Source of the DNA: Azolla caroliniana
Taxonomy: Eukaryota > Plantae > Polypodiophyta
NCBI GenBank assembly: GCA_043228905.1
Contig: JBHGNT010000002.1
Span: 19,654,001 to 19,718,000, forward strand
DNA: 64,000 nt
Direction of reading: 5' to 3'
Of the stretch, positions 47,234 to 61,196 are shown one piece after another (positions within the stretch are counted from its first letter, which is position 1; every line of letters starts with the position of its first letter). Under the pieces are notes generated by a model that saw only the letters and a program-made list of their open reading frames with translations, searched no databases and was not told the DNA's origin. The position numbers and the translations under genes were made by a program.

Positions 47234-50200
47234 CCTTCCTTTCCTTCTCGGCCACTCTCTCGACTAATCGGAGTTTTTGCGTGTTGATTAGTTAGTCAGT
47301 TAATCTCGCCGAGAAACAATAAGTACGAGTCGCCAATTCCCTCTCAGAAATATTTATGAACAGATGGGATTTTGTGAAGACGATTGCTAATGATCCAATA
47401 GAGCTCGGATTCTTTTATTTTTTATTTTTCTTTTCTTGGGGGGGAGGGGGGCGCAATATTTTGAGGAAAGCTCTTCGATTTCTACTTCAAAAATAATTGC
47501 AAAGAGGATGATTTTTGTAGTTTTTGAGGAAGGGAGGAAATCTCTTCAATCTCCACTGAAACAGAGAAAGAGTGATTCTGTAGCCATTAGGGTGGGTGTG
47601 TGTTGGGGGGAGAGGGGGAGATAGACTAATAAAGAGAGGGAAGGAGTTAGTCCCCCAAAGGTCAACTATGATTTATGAGCTCTTGTAGTTCGTATAGTAG
47701 AAAATAAACAAACATTACAGCATGATACTCAATATCAACCCATTGCTTTGGTTAGGAAACGTTGTTGTGACTCTTATAAGAATGCAAAGTGGATCATGTT
47801 GGGGGAGGGGTGGGGGGGGGTGGAGATGATGGAGAAGAAAAGGTTTCCAATTTCCACTTGAAAACATCAATCCCAAAAGTAGACCTTCGCATATAATATC
47901 ACCCAACACATGAACGTGTTGTTCTACATAGAAGTTTATATCCCCTATGTAGGTCTCATGCATATCATGGGGGAATCCTAGGTGTGGACCATTGACGAGA
48001 TAGGCCTATTTGTTTACAATATCAAATCTTGAACTTATCAATGCAATGCACATTCACACAACTTTGGATTGGCTTGTCTTACTATAGGAGTATCTTGTGT
48101 TTGTAGAATACTTGGAGTTGTGAATTTATGCGTAGTCAAGCAAATTTACATTGGCTTCTCTTATTGTTGAGAGTAGTTTTTGATTGTAGAATATGTGTGC
48201 AATGCTCTTTGAAACTTTGCATTGTTAGTCTCTCGCATGAATGAATGAAGAGGTTTAATCATGGGATTCACACAATAAAAATCTCTTGCCTAGAACAGAG
48301 CGAACCTTAAAGTTATTTGTGCACTGCCTATCTATATCATAAGAGTTTAAATATGACTTTGTTTCTTTGCTCATATGTAGGGTGTAGGCCCTTAGGACGG
48401 TCATGATTGTCAAGTTGCATTGTGTTTAATTTTATATTTTAGTTTCATGCAAGCTTTAATTGAGACATCCAAGGATTGTTTTTTCTAAAATCATTTCTTA
48501 CACGTCCCTTTGCTTCATATTGCTATTCCTTACTCCCCACCCATAAGGCTCATGACATTCAAAAGCATCCCTTGCTCATTTGTTTGATTTGCAACTTGAT
48601 TTGTCTCTCCCACCCATTTCAAACATTGACGAATATGGCATGGTCCCCAACCTTTCTTTTCATAGCTCTTCATAATTCATTCAATGACTTTATTCTTGAA
48701 TATAGTCTCCTCGTGGGGTTCAAGTTTTTCTCTTTGCCTCATTAAAAGATTGCATGCATATATTAATAGTCACATGCATTTCATTGCTAGGATTTTATTG
48801 GAAATAGTATAAGGCAATAGACAAATGCTTTTATATCATTGGCCAAGGATATAGTTCAAGAGATATAATATATCTCACGTTATCACTTTGTGAGTACGCC
48901 TTAGAATTTGCAAGTACACTTTGTAGATGTGTAGGTAGTATCGTATTATATTGTTGAATGAAGTACACTCCAATAGATAGTTGGATGTGTATAAGTCATC
49001 ATGATTAATGCGCAAAATATAGGTTTATATCAATTCTCATATTGTAACTTGTAAGTACAATGTATATAATAAAGACATCGTTGAGCTAAGTCTCCTTCCA
49101 ACATGTGCACTAAATAGGATGAGTCCATGTGGAGCTTATTTGTCCCCTTCTTTGGTTAGTCTTCACATTTTTTGCCTTTGGCATGAAAATGTTTAGATTA
49201 AAAATTGTAACTTCCAATATGTTGCCTTCATAAGGTGATTTTTTGCATGTAACACAATGACACATAGCTTACCTTGGTCTAAGGTTGTATGTTGATTTAT
49301 GCTCGATTAATCTTTAGGTTTGATGTTTTAAATGGCAACAGACGTGTAGCATTTATACTATTATGTCTTCTTTTGATCATTACCTTTTGGTTACTTATTC
49401 TTTCACGATATTCACGTTCATTTACATTGCATTCAAAGGTTGAGATACATTGAAAAGACATGATCTAATTTTCACATAGTGGTTATTGATTTGATGAGCT
49501 TCAATCTTTTTTCTCGCACTAAGGCAACATAATGCATTGCATTATTGCTAATTTGGCTTTGAAGTTTATCATGCAATGGGTGGTTGTTACTATCAATAAT
49601 AGAAGGTAAGATGAAGAATGTCAAACCATCTACAACACGAGGGCCCAACCAGGCCTCCATATGTGTGATAAGAATCATTTATGAATCTTTATGGTTTTGT
49701 TATGTGCATTATTCCATGATAATTTAATCCACACAATAAAGTAAAGTATGCAATGTTTCAAGAAAGTAATGTATGGGGTCAATTATGATGGGTCTAAATG
49801 TCTCACATACAAAACAGAACGAGTGATTAGCAATAATGCATCCATATGTCAATAATTCTTTTACTGCATCCTATACATTCCATCAAACTAGTTCATGTTG
49901 TATATTTGAATCAACCACAAGAAATTCATGTGCAACGGATACAAACATTAGAAAATCTCCTAGCTCTCAAAAAATCCACCTTCAATATGCTATGTGCCAC
50001 ACAAAAAATCGTGTCAAGTTCTTGAATTGATAATAGATCTTTGCTATTTATACATGTGAACTATACAAATAATTATCAATAGTGAAAGGTCACCATTATT
50101 TGATGCTTCGTAACCATCTATATGAAAGGACATGAAGTGACCATTAACATGTATTAACCTTGGGAGAATACAAATGAATGTAATTTAGTATTTAATTTAA

Positions 50201-53089
50201 ACTTTAGTACCAATCATTATATGTATATCCTTCTATTATAATTTATCACATTAGCTAATCATGAAAGGCTTAAGATTCTTCCAATTGACCCTATGATTGT
50301 CCCTTATATTAGACATTCCATAAATAATCAAAGCTTCCCTAATCTAATCTCTCTTTCCTCATTATGTCATCTCAATTGCCAATCCACCACCTCAAATATA
50401 TTTACCCTCAACCAAACCATTGCCACCATCTCATTGTTGTTCTCTCCACATACATATTATGCTTCCACCTTCTTGCAACATGCATGACTCACTAGGTGAA
50501 AGCACATGGTTGTTGGCAAGATATTTATGCCCATGGTCCATAAAGTCAAAGGGGTGGGGAACCAAAAAGTGAATCGTTGTGTGGAGGGTAGGAAATGGTC
50601 ACAAGTTCACACTTTTAAGTGATTTCCTTCCTTCCACAAAAGAAGAAATAAGGATACCATGACTATTATATCATGCCGACGTTTACCATGGAGCCTTGAA
50701 ACTAAACAAACTTAATATACTCTTTGTTGTGCTCAAAAGATGTGTAGCATATTGTGAACACATGCACACCACAAGATGGTATAATGAATCTTAGTGTAAA
50801 CAATACACATCAAAATGTGTATAAAAAACTTCCACATATGAAAGAGACACGTGAAGCATAACCAGAGAAGCAGACACATAACAGAAAAAGTCAATATAAA
50901 AGTCAAAGTTAAACAAAGTTTGATACATATGTATTCAATACAGTTGAAAACTCATTTTTTTCTTGAAAAGAAAGGAAGGCTCGATAATTTTATTACAATA
51001 GGAGGTCACAACTATGTATACCAAGAGTCTTTAATAGGTCATATAATTATAAAATGCGATAACTAGTGGAAGCGTTATGATGATTCAAAACAAAGATATT
51101 GCAATGGACTAATTTGTAAATATGCATGGTAACTTCATGGAAAACTAAAATTCAATGTACATTGGAAATACATGTACATCATACTTGAAATAAACATTTG
51201 TGCATTAGATGGGGAAGAGATACCGATTGCTCATTAATCTCATATTAAATTGAACAAGGTCATTTGCCTCAAACTATTGCCCAACACATACATCATCGAG
51301 ATATAATGAGCTAATTGTCATTGGGTTAAGGTGATAGTACAAAGTCACTAATACCATGTATTGTTAACATGTACATCCACATTATGAAGACTATCAAACT
51401 TGTGTGACATTATTATAGTGGGTCTACCATTTCAATGTCATATGAATCTAAATATTCATGCACTTCTCACATAGACAAATCAATTTATCTAATAGGTTAG
51501 CCGATGAGAACTATGTAATGATGCCATGCCATATTGATAGATAATGCTTTTGTGCGGGCGCTTTGCAATGTTCTCATGGAATCAAATGGATTAGCTATTA
51601 ATAGACTTTATTTTTATAATATATAAATGATTACAGGGTTAAAACATGTCTAAAGAAAAACAATCTCAAGGAATATAATGTGCAAGGATCCTATACATTC
51701 TTGTATGTAAAATGTTTAAGCCACAAATGATAACTAATAAAGTAGTATTTTTTCCAACATCATAAACTTCTAATTGACATTTATAACGCTTACCTGCCAC
51801 TCTTTCTAATTTGAAACGAGCATTAGGAAGGGGCGATCCCTTCCTGTATCCTTGTCTACTTGATGTCTTACTTGGATCTTGATGACAAACTTAATTACTT
51901 AATTGATTATATTTGTCTTTAGAATTCCTTCAATTATAAGGTTAATTGAAGTTATGACATCATTACATTGGTTCATCTTATATAGTTGGCAAAAGAGATT
52001 CTTAGAGACATTCATTGGATATGATACAAACATCCTAACTTCCCATCCTCATTCATAACTGGTAGATTCATATTCTACCATATTTGATATCTAATATTAA
52101 TACCAAAACTAATATTATTTAACTTCTAACTTGGGCTAACACATTGATGTGCATGTGGGGCAACTTTTGCAAGGTCACGAGCGTCCAAACAAATCTTCAA
52201 AATTTAACTTCATTCTTAAGATTCATGCAACATCAACTTTGATTGTTTGAATGGGTCAATCCTTTTTTATGCACATGCTACTCTTGTTTGAACCATATAC
52301 AAATTATAAGAGTGATTGTTGGTAAACCTCATATTTCATATACATCAAAACGAGGCCCACACTTGTTTTAATGGTAGTTATGCCTCCCCACCCTTTGGAA
52401 CCAACCCAACCAAGGCCTTATGCTGAATCTTAGAATATTTGTTGCATGAAGCCAATGTTTTCCACTATTTTTGAATTATTGGCTAATAAGAGAGGATGCT
52501 TAAGAGGACATCATAAATTATTTCTATATAAAGTTTCAACCTATGTTGTAGAAGATTGATGATTAGGGTCCACTAGAGTGGTTATCTCTTGTAGAGATGG
52601 AGTTGTGCACAATGAGACGAATCTACCCATCCACTTGCGTTGGCATCATGGTGTTATGGTAGTTTGTTACTCAACAAACCCTTCTTCATTTACATGGTTG
52701 GAATTGCTCCTTTCAGCTAGTCCTTTGCATCAAACAAATCCCGTTTCCCATCTCTGTCAACAACTAGTTGAATGAGATGAAGAATCAAAGGTTCCATTTC
52801 TAGAAGTTAAGAGCATAATACCTCACAATAATTAAAGAGCAAATGATCCTTGAACTCAAGGCTTTAAATAAAGAGATAGCTTTTTAGTTGGAATAAGTAA
52901 CTCAAGGAGGGGCAACAAAAGCGGATTCAGGATTGACCACAAACAAATTCATGGACCTTGCATTAGATGAAGAAAGGCAACACCCAAATCACACACTTAC
53001 AAGAGGAAGTGACCCAAAAGAAAATGATCTTTCAACATCAAGGAAAATACATAGTCTTATTGAGGATGTCGAGAACTTTGCCTCATAAT

Positions 53090-53310
53090 GTGTTGAGAGC
53101 TCAACTTTTTATTTCGTGTTGAGCCTCATCAAACGTGTTGAAAACTCAAATATTTATTTCATGTTGATCCCCATCAATTGTGTTGAGAACTCAATTGTTT
53201 CCTCATGTTGAGCCTCGTCAATTTTGCTGAGAACTTGACAATTTATTTTTATCGAGAACCAATAGCCACATTGAGAAGTCAATCGCAATAGTGATGTTGA
53301 GAACTAAGAA
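53090..53310 (+). repeat. Degenerate tandem repeat (about 44 bp, TGTTGAGAACTCAA...TGTTGAGCCTCATCAA)
   Basis: Recurrent TGTTGAG[A/C] motifs at a regular spacing. Confidence 0.55.
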
Positions 53311-54506
53311 GTGAGAAAGGGTGTGTTTAGGGAGGGGTCTAAATTATTAGGAGGGCTCAGTTGATTGGTTTAAAAGTATACTTCTAAATTAGAATCAAAA
53401 TTTGAATGAGAATGAATCCATCATAACATCCGCTTCCCCCTTCTTGGGAAAGTTTGATCGAAGTTAAGAGCAAAATAATGCATATGAATTAAACAGGAAA
53501 TGATCCTTGACATCAAGGTTTTAAATAAAGAGATAAATATTTGGGTGAAACAACTAAATCAAGGAGATACCATAAGGAAATGCTAAGTGAAATCCAGTTT
53601 ATCACAATACAATGCCCAAGGTTTATAATAGTTTGTTGCTGCGCTTGGAGATACTAAATGCAAACACGTTCACATATTGAGGAAAACCATGTGTACATAT
53701 ATTAGTATGGATGGAATTGAGAAAAATCAATTCTACAGTTGTTTAAAAGTCAATGACTACCATCAATCATAAGGGATGAGGACTTGCTTTTGATGTCAAA
53801 ATCTAGCTCTCCCAAACATGGTGCTTTTGACATTGCACCCTTGTAGGATACATGATCAAGAAGTTGAAATGTTGTTGTGATGTTCTATTCATATCTTTGT
53901 CCTAAACTTCAACCTTCCATAAACCTTGAGTTTGATGCTTTTTTTCTCGTGAATATACAATGGTATGAGGCACTTTTACCACGGTGGGTCTCGGTCCATC
54001 ATTGATACTAAGGTTTGGATTGACTGTAGAGCCATTGTTAACTTGGTGTTAGGTCGTGTGGGTGTTGGGCGGCTTGCGAACTTGTTGGTGTGTGTGCCAC
54101 AAGGTGGTGACGAATTTCGAGCGTGCTCTTCACTAGGACTGTTGCTTGTCATACTCGAGTGAGGGCTCGAGTAGGATTCGTGTTGATTATGTTGATAATG
54201 TAGTGTTGCTTCCAGGAGTGTGAGCTTTTGTTGTGTTTGTGCTAGTGCCACATTCCTCTCCGCTAGTGCCGCCTCAATGTCTTGAGTGAGCGCATTTGGT
54301 CATCCTCCTTTCATAAGTTGGGCCTTCCATAATGCAATTTCTTGCATTGTGTCTTAGAGGTGTTGTTCTAAGCTTTGTTGGTTTTTAATCAAACTCTCAT
54401 GGTGCGAGGGCGTGGCGAGTGGTGCATTGGTGGAGCACATAGTTGTAAAAAATGCGTATTCTACGTTTAGAGTACGTTTTAGAATACTTTGAAGTATTTG
54501 ACACGT

Positions 54507-55298
54507 TGTCGAGATATTACGCAAGTGCGTGTGGAAACGAGGCGGGACCGCGGGGGTCTCGAACCAAAGAGCAAGCGAGGGAGGAGAAAGAGAGAGAACC
54601 GGCTACGCAGGACCGGGGATACACAGGGACACGGCCCTTCAGCACAGAGAACGCGAACAGACACCGACACAGACAGATGCGAATGACTAAATATGTATAT
54701 TAACAAAATGGCTAACACGACTACAACCCTCGATGGGGCACAGGTTGGCTACAACCGAACAGACCGGCGAACAGATGCCGATGCTTGTTCGCTTCGACGC
54801 ACAAAGAGGTAGCAGGTCGGAGGTGCTGCCGGAAGCACCCGGGCGTTCCTCGAAACAGCTCGAGCCTCCTCGGAACCCTGCACAGAAAAGCTATGGAGCT
54901 CAAGAAGGAAGGAAACAGAGAGAGAAGCGTCCAGAAACGGTCCGACAACACTTCGTCCTCTCTGCGCGAGATCCCTGCAACAGCTCTTTCCTGCTCCTTA
55001 TATAGGCCGACGAGCAGGCCGTCCTGTCAGCTTTATTCCCTGTCCCTTTTGAACAGGGATCCGCTCCGTTCTTCACGCCTCCGCGTAATTACGCCGCCGA
55101 CTCGTACAGTTCCTTAGCTCGCGCGCGCGACCGAAAAGACTGTTCGCGCGGTCTTTGTCTCCACTTGTGTTAGGGCCCGTTCCTGCCGATTATCCTCCTA
55201 ACTCGCTTCTATGTACTACTTGGAGCGTGCGCGCGCGAAGAACCGGTTCCCACGCCTTGGTGCGCCGATTCCGCCCAGGGACGGTTTTCTTCACGACA
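54507..55298 (-). repeat. 3' LTR of Gypsy 2
   Basis: Direct repeat of 61197-61988. Confidence 0.95.
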
Positions 55299-55369
55299 TC
55301 CGCCCCCACCTAACCGCGCATCCTCCGGTATGCGCCAAGAGAGTTGGGACGGAGAAAACCGGCCCGTCT

Positions 55370-58300
55370 TCATTCCTCGCCCGTCGGTTCTTCCTCGTTT
55401 TCGGATCGTTCGTCACTGCTGACTAGGAGCGTCGGGTCTGGCTCGTCGTCGTGTCGCTTCTTGAACGCTTTGATCCGCTTCCCTGCAACCGGTATCGCCA
55501 TTCTCGTGCCGTCTAGTTCCGCCAGGTGATATGTCCCGTTGTCATTGGCGCTCCGTACCACGTAAGGCCCGAACCACCTTCGTGCGAACTTCCGTGTAGC
55601 TCGGTGCTGGTTGTCGAGGCTGCTGTCGTAGACGAGCACCCAATCACCTTCTTCGATTTTCTTCGGTCGGAGCTGGTGCGTTCGGTCGAACCTGGCTTTG
55701 TTCTTTGTCCTCGTCACCCGGAGCTTCTCCGCAACCAGTTCCACGTCCTCCGGTCTCCGCTCGAGCTGTCGCATACGCGCGGCCAACAACTCCTCCCGGT
55801 TCATCTCGTCCCTCCAGTCGACCGTTGCCCACGAGGAGATCGTCCGTTCCATCGGCATGATCGGCTTCTGGCCGAACATGAGCTCCGTCGGCATGTACCC
55901 GGTTACCGAACTGTGCGTGGTCCGGTCTGCCCACAAAGCATAAGGTAGCAGCCGCGGCCAGTTACCGACTTGGCCCCCGCATGCCCGAACCAGCGCCTTG
56001 ACGATCGGTCCGTGTCCGCGCTCCACCTTTCCATTCGCCTCCGGATTGTACGCAGTGGTGAGCGAGAGCTTGACTCCCAGCCGGTTGAACAGCTCCGCGG
56101 CTTCTTCGGCGTCCAACTCCCCTCGGTCAGCCACGATCTTCCCGACGCACCCGTACCGGCATATCACGTCCTCGATTAGGAACCGACATACGGCCGCGGT
56201 CGTTTTGTTGGGAAGGGCCCGGCCTTCCACCTGGTTCGTCAGATCCTCCCGCGCTAGGACCAGGTACCGCATCTGTCCTACCCCCATTGGCATCGTCACC
56301 AGATCTACCATCCATTTGAAGTGGATGGTCGGAGGGTACGTAGGGTGAAGCTCGTCCCGGTGTCGGACCACGGAGTGCATCTGACAGCTCTCGCAAGTTG
56401 TCACGAATCGATGCACGTCCCGGTACAGTCCCGGCCACTAGTACTTCTCCTTTATCTTCTCGAACGTGGCCCAAGTTCCACGGTGTCCGGCCCAAGGGCT
56501 ATCGTGGTAGGCCGTCAGCAGCTCCTCCTGTTCCTCCTTCATCGCCACCACCCGGAGCGGAGCGCCGTCCCTCTTCTTCGGGTGCTTCCATAGATAGCCA
56601 TCCCGGAGAAAGAACCGGTACGCTTTCTTCCGGATCCGGTTGGCCTCGTCTTTCGTCCATGACGCATCCGGCGCCATTGTCCTCAAGAACCCGCCGATCT
56701 GCAGCCACTCCCCGTCGTACTTGCTCGCGTCGAAGTCGTTAAGCGCCGGAGTGCTCGTCCCGCCGGTTGTTACGTATGCCGCCTCGAAGAAGTCCACGCC
56801 AACCTCTTCGTCCTCTGAAACCATGCCGCCCTCGTCATCGAATCTCGCCCTTGAAAGCATGTCGGCCATGGCGTTGTCTTTCCCGGAAATGTGTCGTATT
56901 TCCGGGTCCAGGGACTTGATGTAAGCTATCCACCTGAGCATTGCCAGGTCCGGCGTCGCGCATCCGGAAACCATGCCGAGAATCGGCATGCAATCCGTCT
57001 CTATGATTACCTCTGCCCCGATCAGATAGTCCTTGTCGGCCTTCACCGCCGAAACGATACCCCAGAGTTCGCGTTTAACCTGGGCGTATCCTCGCTGCCG
57101 CTCACTGAGGACCTTCGCGCCGAATCGGATCGGAAACCGATTGCCGTCCTCGTCTTCTTGGTTGACGACCCACCCGATTCCGGTCGGACTCGTGTCAACC
57201 GTTATGTACACTGGGGTGCCCTTCCTGTAGACGGCCTTTCGGAGCGCCGGTGCTGCCGAAAGAGCCTCCTTCAGCTTCCGGACCGACTCCGTGTGCTTGT
57301 CTAGCCATTCGAACCTTCGCCCTTTCTTCAATAATCCGTACAGCGGCTCCGCGACGTGCGCGTAATGCGGGATCCATATGTGGTAGAAGGCGCATGCTCC
57401 CAAGAATCTTCGTACTTCCGTGACCGAGCTGCAATCAGGCTTCATCGCGGAGATGGCTTCTACCTTTGCCGGAGACGGTTTCCGGCCGTATGGTCCACAT
57501 AAATGTCCGACCACCATGATTTCCGACTGCCCGAAGGCTGACTTCTCCCCCGAGAAGGTGAGCCTCGCATCCTCTAGCCTTTGCAGCACCTTCTCGCAGT
57601 CGTCGATGTGCGTCACCACGAATCGCCGGCATCCGTCTGGCCCGATCGTCTCGTCCTTCTCTTCTACCAGGCATCCCTTGATCGGGATGTCGTCTAGAAA
57701 CGGCATGGTGATGTCCGGGATGCAGTCCCTCAGCACCTTGTTCATTGCATTCACCATGTGGGCCACCGAGTTGGTCCCTCCTTGCGGCAGCGTACACATC
57801 CGCACTAGGCCGAGGGGAGTTCGCATCGTCGTAATGTCTCTGCTCTCCACGGCTAGCTGGAACTGGTCGTACCCTGAGTATAGATCACCGACCGAGTAAA
57901 TCGACCTTCCGGCGAAGGCCTCCGCGAACTCGTCTATGGTCGGTCCGATCCCTGCGTTCCGAATGGTCACTCTATTGACCGACTGCAGGTCCTGAATGAA
58001 GCGCAACGATCCGTTTTTCTTTGGTACGGTAAACCATCGGTTTGAATACGGGGCGCTCGACGGCTCGAGAATGCCCATATCAACTTTCTGCTTCAACAGC
58101 TCCATCAACTTCGGAATGTGGGCTCTTGGAACCGGAATTGGCTTGAGATTCCACGGTACATGCGGTACCGTGAATATCACCATCGGCTCTACGATCGTCG
58201 GGTTTACGCACCTGATTTCCTCCGGTGAGAATGCGAAGGCTTTCCCGTGCCTTCCGAGCATTCTCCGAAACCGGTCTTCCTCCGCCGGCAGTAGGAACCC

Positions 58301-58858
58301 GCCCCCACCGATCTTCAGCTCGCGGAGCGTCTCGTTGGTGAAGGTGTGTCCTATGCAGGCCGGATCTCGTAAGCTGGGGTCCGATGCAACCCCTTTGATT
58401 CGGGATTCGCTGCCCTCCGGTAAGGGCGCCGCAACTGGCCTCACCTTCCGGTCCACAGTCTTGTACTTGGTGCTAACTCGGGCCGTCGGTCCCGACTCGA
58501 GCCCTCGACCGAAGTCCGCGATGACTTCGTACATTTCTTCGGAACATATCGGTACCGTCCGGTCTTCGTTAAGGTCTCCTTCGACTACCTTCCCCAGCAT
58601 TCCCAAGGTGTCGTCGAAGGAGACTGCCTCCACGGCTCCGTTGATTTCTTCGTCAGGGCCGAGAACTCCGCACGCTCGAAGTCTCCCCTCCGTCTTTGTT
58701 TTCTCTCGGCCGGCGATGCCGACCATCGTACATGCTCCGCTGTCGGAGAAGCAAAATTTCCTACCTATTGTACACGGTTTTATCGTACAGATGTGGGGTT
58801 TTCCCGGAGCATCCGGACTGTCGCGGCCCCACGCCTTGGCAGTCCTCTCTAAAAATCC
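55370..58858 (-). pseudogene. Gypsy 2 pol (RT, RNase H, integrase) with one premature stop
   Basis: ORFs 56438-58726 and 55370-56416 are in one frame, separated by TAG at 56440-56438 where Gypsy 1 has Trp (RYWW). Confidence 0.92.
58792..58858 (-). promoter_or_regulatory. -1 ribosomal frameshift signal (G GAT TTT plus predicted pseudoknot)
   Basis: GGATTTTTAG at the ORF1 stop; the -1 frame is open to the pol Met at 58726; stem 1 GGACTG/CAGTCC, stem 2 GTGGGG/CCCCAC. Confidence 0.8.
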
Positions 58859-61179
58859 TCTCGGTTTTCGGAACTGAGGGAGTCGCGGTTACGTTCGTGG
58901 TTCGGCCGTACCGTCAGAAACTGGACCGAATGGCGCCCGTCTTGGCTTTTGACCCTCGCGTAGGCCGAACCATTGTCCAGCACCTTGGTCTCCATTCGCG
59001 CCGCCGTGATGTACGGCTCTCCCAGTATGACCGGATGCGAAGACGTCTCCTGCACGAAGAAGTGCTGGTCAATCTCGACGTCGCCGATCTTGACTCGCAC
59101 ATTCGGACAGGTCCCGTCTTGGCTTTTGACCCTCGCGTAGGCCGAACCATTGTCCAGCACCTTGGTCTCCATTCGCGCCGCCGTGATGTACGGCTCTCCC
59201 AGTATGACCGGATGCGAAGACGTCTCCTGCACGAAGAAGTGCTGGTCAATCTCGACGTCGCCGATCTTGACTCGCACATTCGGACAGGCCCCGTGCAGTT
59301 CCTCGGTGGCGCGCGTTGCTGCCCTTATTTTCCACCCGTGCTTGGTGTTGATCGGCCATTTGCCCTTCTTATAGAAGTCCATGGACATCAAATTGATCTC
59401 CGATCCGTGGTCCACCAAAGCTATCACCGGTTCCTGGACACCACCGATCTTCACCGGGGTTTCCGTGGTCGCTCGGGCCCAGTGTGGTCTCGAATAGTGG
59501 CTTTCCGCCCACTCGTCTCCCAGCGCCATGTCGTCTAGGTGCGTCGTCCGCACTTCCACCGGTCTTTCCGGTTCTGTCTCCGTTGACAGCCTCTTCCGTT
59601 TCACCAAGTCCACGATGGAGTCGTGGAACTCCTTCTTGGCGATTCCCAGCACCTCTCGTAACGACAACTCCACCTTGCTGTCGAGGATCCGTTCCTCCAG
59701 GACCTTTCGTAAGTCCGTGGTCCTTTCTATCTCCGTCCCCAGACAGTACCCGCCCTTCTGGGGTTTATCTTGCGTACCGGCCCCGCCGGCTTCGTCCCGT
59801 CGTGGCCCGGACCGGGTCTCGTATCGTTGTGAGGGCCCGGTCGTCCCGGGTTTCCCCACCCGCTTCTCTTCTACCAGAGCCTCGTAGTTCTGGCAAGCGG
59901 CTTCCACGAAGCCCGTCTTTTCCTCGACCGGGTCGCTCCACCCGGTCATCTCCCGTACCCGTTTCTCTGCACGGTCCGATTCCTCCCTTTTAAGCCTTGC
60001 ACCGGCAAGGCCTTCCAGCATCGTCGGCCAGAATCCGACTTTGCTTTCCCTTCGGGCCTCGCCGCCCCCAACTCGAATGCCGGCCGACGCCGAGTAGTGG
60101 ACGGTTTCCGAATGTCGGGCCGCCGCCTCTTCCATCAACCTTTTCATACCACCTCGCTCGTCGTTTCGGCTCAAGGCCCTTCGGGTGTCGCTGGCATGCA
60201 CCCGTCCTTCCCACAGGTACACCACCCTGTTCCTCAGCGCCTCCGCGAAGTCGCCGCAGTCCTTCCGAATGTGGCCGACTTCATCGCACCACATGCACCT
60301 GTTTCCTGCCGCCGGCCGTCGGTCACGAGCCGGTTCGCCACCTTCCCTTCGGGCTTGCGCGATTTGGAGGTCCTTTATCGCCCTCGTCAATTCCTCCAGC
60401 GCCGCTCCTCCGGTTGAGCCTCTGACTACGCCGGTCGAAGCCGAACCGGTTTCCAACCACTCTCGGGTCTCTTCCTCTCGCACCTGTGGCGCTGGTTCGA
60501 GCTTCCTTGCTGCGACCGAGCCCGACCAGGTTGCCCCGTTATCCGCCCATTCTCGCCGTTTGTCGAAACGGCCACAGACCTTTTTGACAGCCGCCCAGTC
60601 GGTAGTGAGCCCGTCTTCGGTTTCCAGCAAGAGGCCCACTTGCTCCCGATCCCGCTCGTCGACCGACTTGACAAACAGCAAGACCCGGCTCGTGTCCAGG
60701 ATGGTTCGGTCGAGCGCCGAAAGGCACGCAAAGTTTTCCTCGAACTCCCGGAGGAGTGCCGACGCGTTTCTTCCCTTCCCCGGGGACTCCACCCATTCCA
60801 TGAACCTTCGCTTCAAAAGCCGGGGCGCGTCGTCCAGCCCGTATTTCTCTAGGAGCCGACCTTCGAACTCCTCCCAGGTACGGCTCTCCGCCCGCACCTC
60901 GAGCACCTCCGCATGGATGCTCGGCATCGCCACTCGGGGAAATCTGGCAAGACGCCTTTCTTCCGGAATGTCCCGCATCAGCATCTCTGCACCGTAGGAC
61001 GCCAAATACTTCGTGGCATCCTTCCCATCGAACCGGCCGATCGTGCCGACGACCGCCTCAATGGCTCTGTCGAGGGCACCGGTGCCCTCGCGCGCGTTTA
61101 CAATCCGATCCACGGCCGAAGCCATGGCCTCTGCAAGATCCGACCCCCTCATCTTCTGCTCTTCTGCCGCCTCCTTCAC
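58849..61179 (-). CDS. Gypsy 2 Gag-protease polyprotein with a 59-aa internal duplication
   Basis: CMWCDEVGHIRKDC knuckle; ALVDHGSEINLM protease; CPNVRVK...KSQDG occurs twice. Confidence 0.9.
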   Translation of the reverse strand: MKEAAEEQKMRGSDLAEAMASAVDRIVNAREGTGALDRAIEAVVGTIGRFDGKDATKYLASYGAEMLMRDIPEERRLARFPRVAMPSIHAEVLEVRAESRTWEEFEGRLLEKYGLDDAPRLLKRRFMEWVESPGKGRNASALLREFEENFACLSALDRTILDTSRVLLFVKSVDERDREQVGLLLETEDGLTTDWAAVKKVCGRFDKRREWADNGATWSGSVAARKLEPAPQVREEETREWLETGSASTGVVRGSTGGAALEELTRAIKDLQIAQARREGGEPARDRRPAAGNRCMWCDEVGHIRKDCGDFAEALRNRVVYLWEGRVHASDTRRALSRNDERGGMKRLMEEAAARHSETVHYSASAGIRVGGGEARRESKVGFWPTMLEGLAGARLKREESDRAEKRVREMTGWSDPVEEKTGFVEAACQNYEALVEEKRVGKPGTTGPSQRYETRSGPRRDEAGGAGTQDKPQKGGYCLGTEIERTTDLRKVLEERILDSKVELSLREVLGIAKKEFHDSIVDLVKRKRLSTETEPERPVEVRTTHLDDMALGDEWAESHYSRPHWARATTETPVKIGGVQEPVIALVDHGSEINLMSMDFYKKGKWPINTKHGWKIRAATRATEELHGACPNVRVKIGDVEIDQHFFVQETSSHPVILGEPYITAARMETKVLDNGSAYARVKSQDGTCPNVRVKIGDVEIDQHFFVQETSSHPVILGEPYITAARMETKVLDNGSAYARVKSQDGRHSVQFLTVRPNHERNRDSLSSENREDF
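58936..59289. repeat. 177-bp near-perfect in-frame tandem duplication in the protease C-terminal half
   Basis: Units start at 58936 and 59113. Confidence 0.95.
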
Positions 61180-61192
61180 GTCGGGTTCACCA
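61175..61192 (-). other. Primer binding site, tRNA-Trp
   Basis: TGGTGAACCCGACGTGAA, identical to the Gypsy 1 PBS. Confidence 0.85.
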
Positions 61193-61196
61193 AAGA

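Noticed and set aside
47700-53000. Short ORFs in the long AT-rich interval
   Set aside because: No motifs or consistent splice structure; probably decayed TE or intergenic DNA that I cannot classify by eye.
53662-53696. Third copy of the transposon TIR (AACACGTTCAC...)
   Set aside because: Only about 11 bp match and no adjacent element homology is visible.
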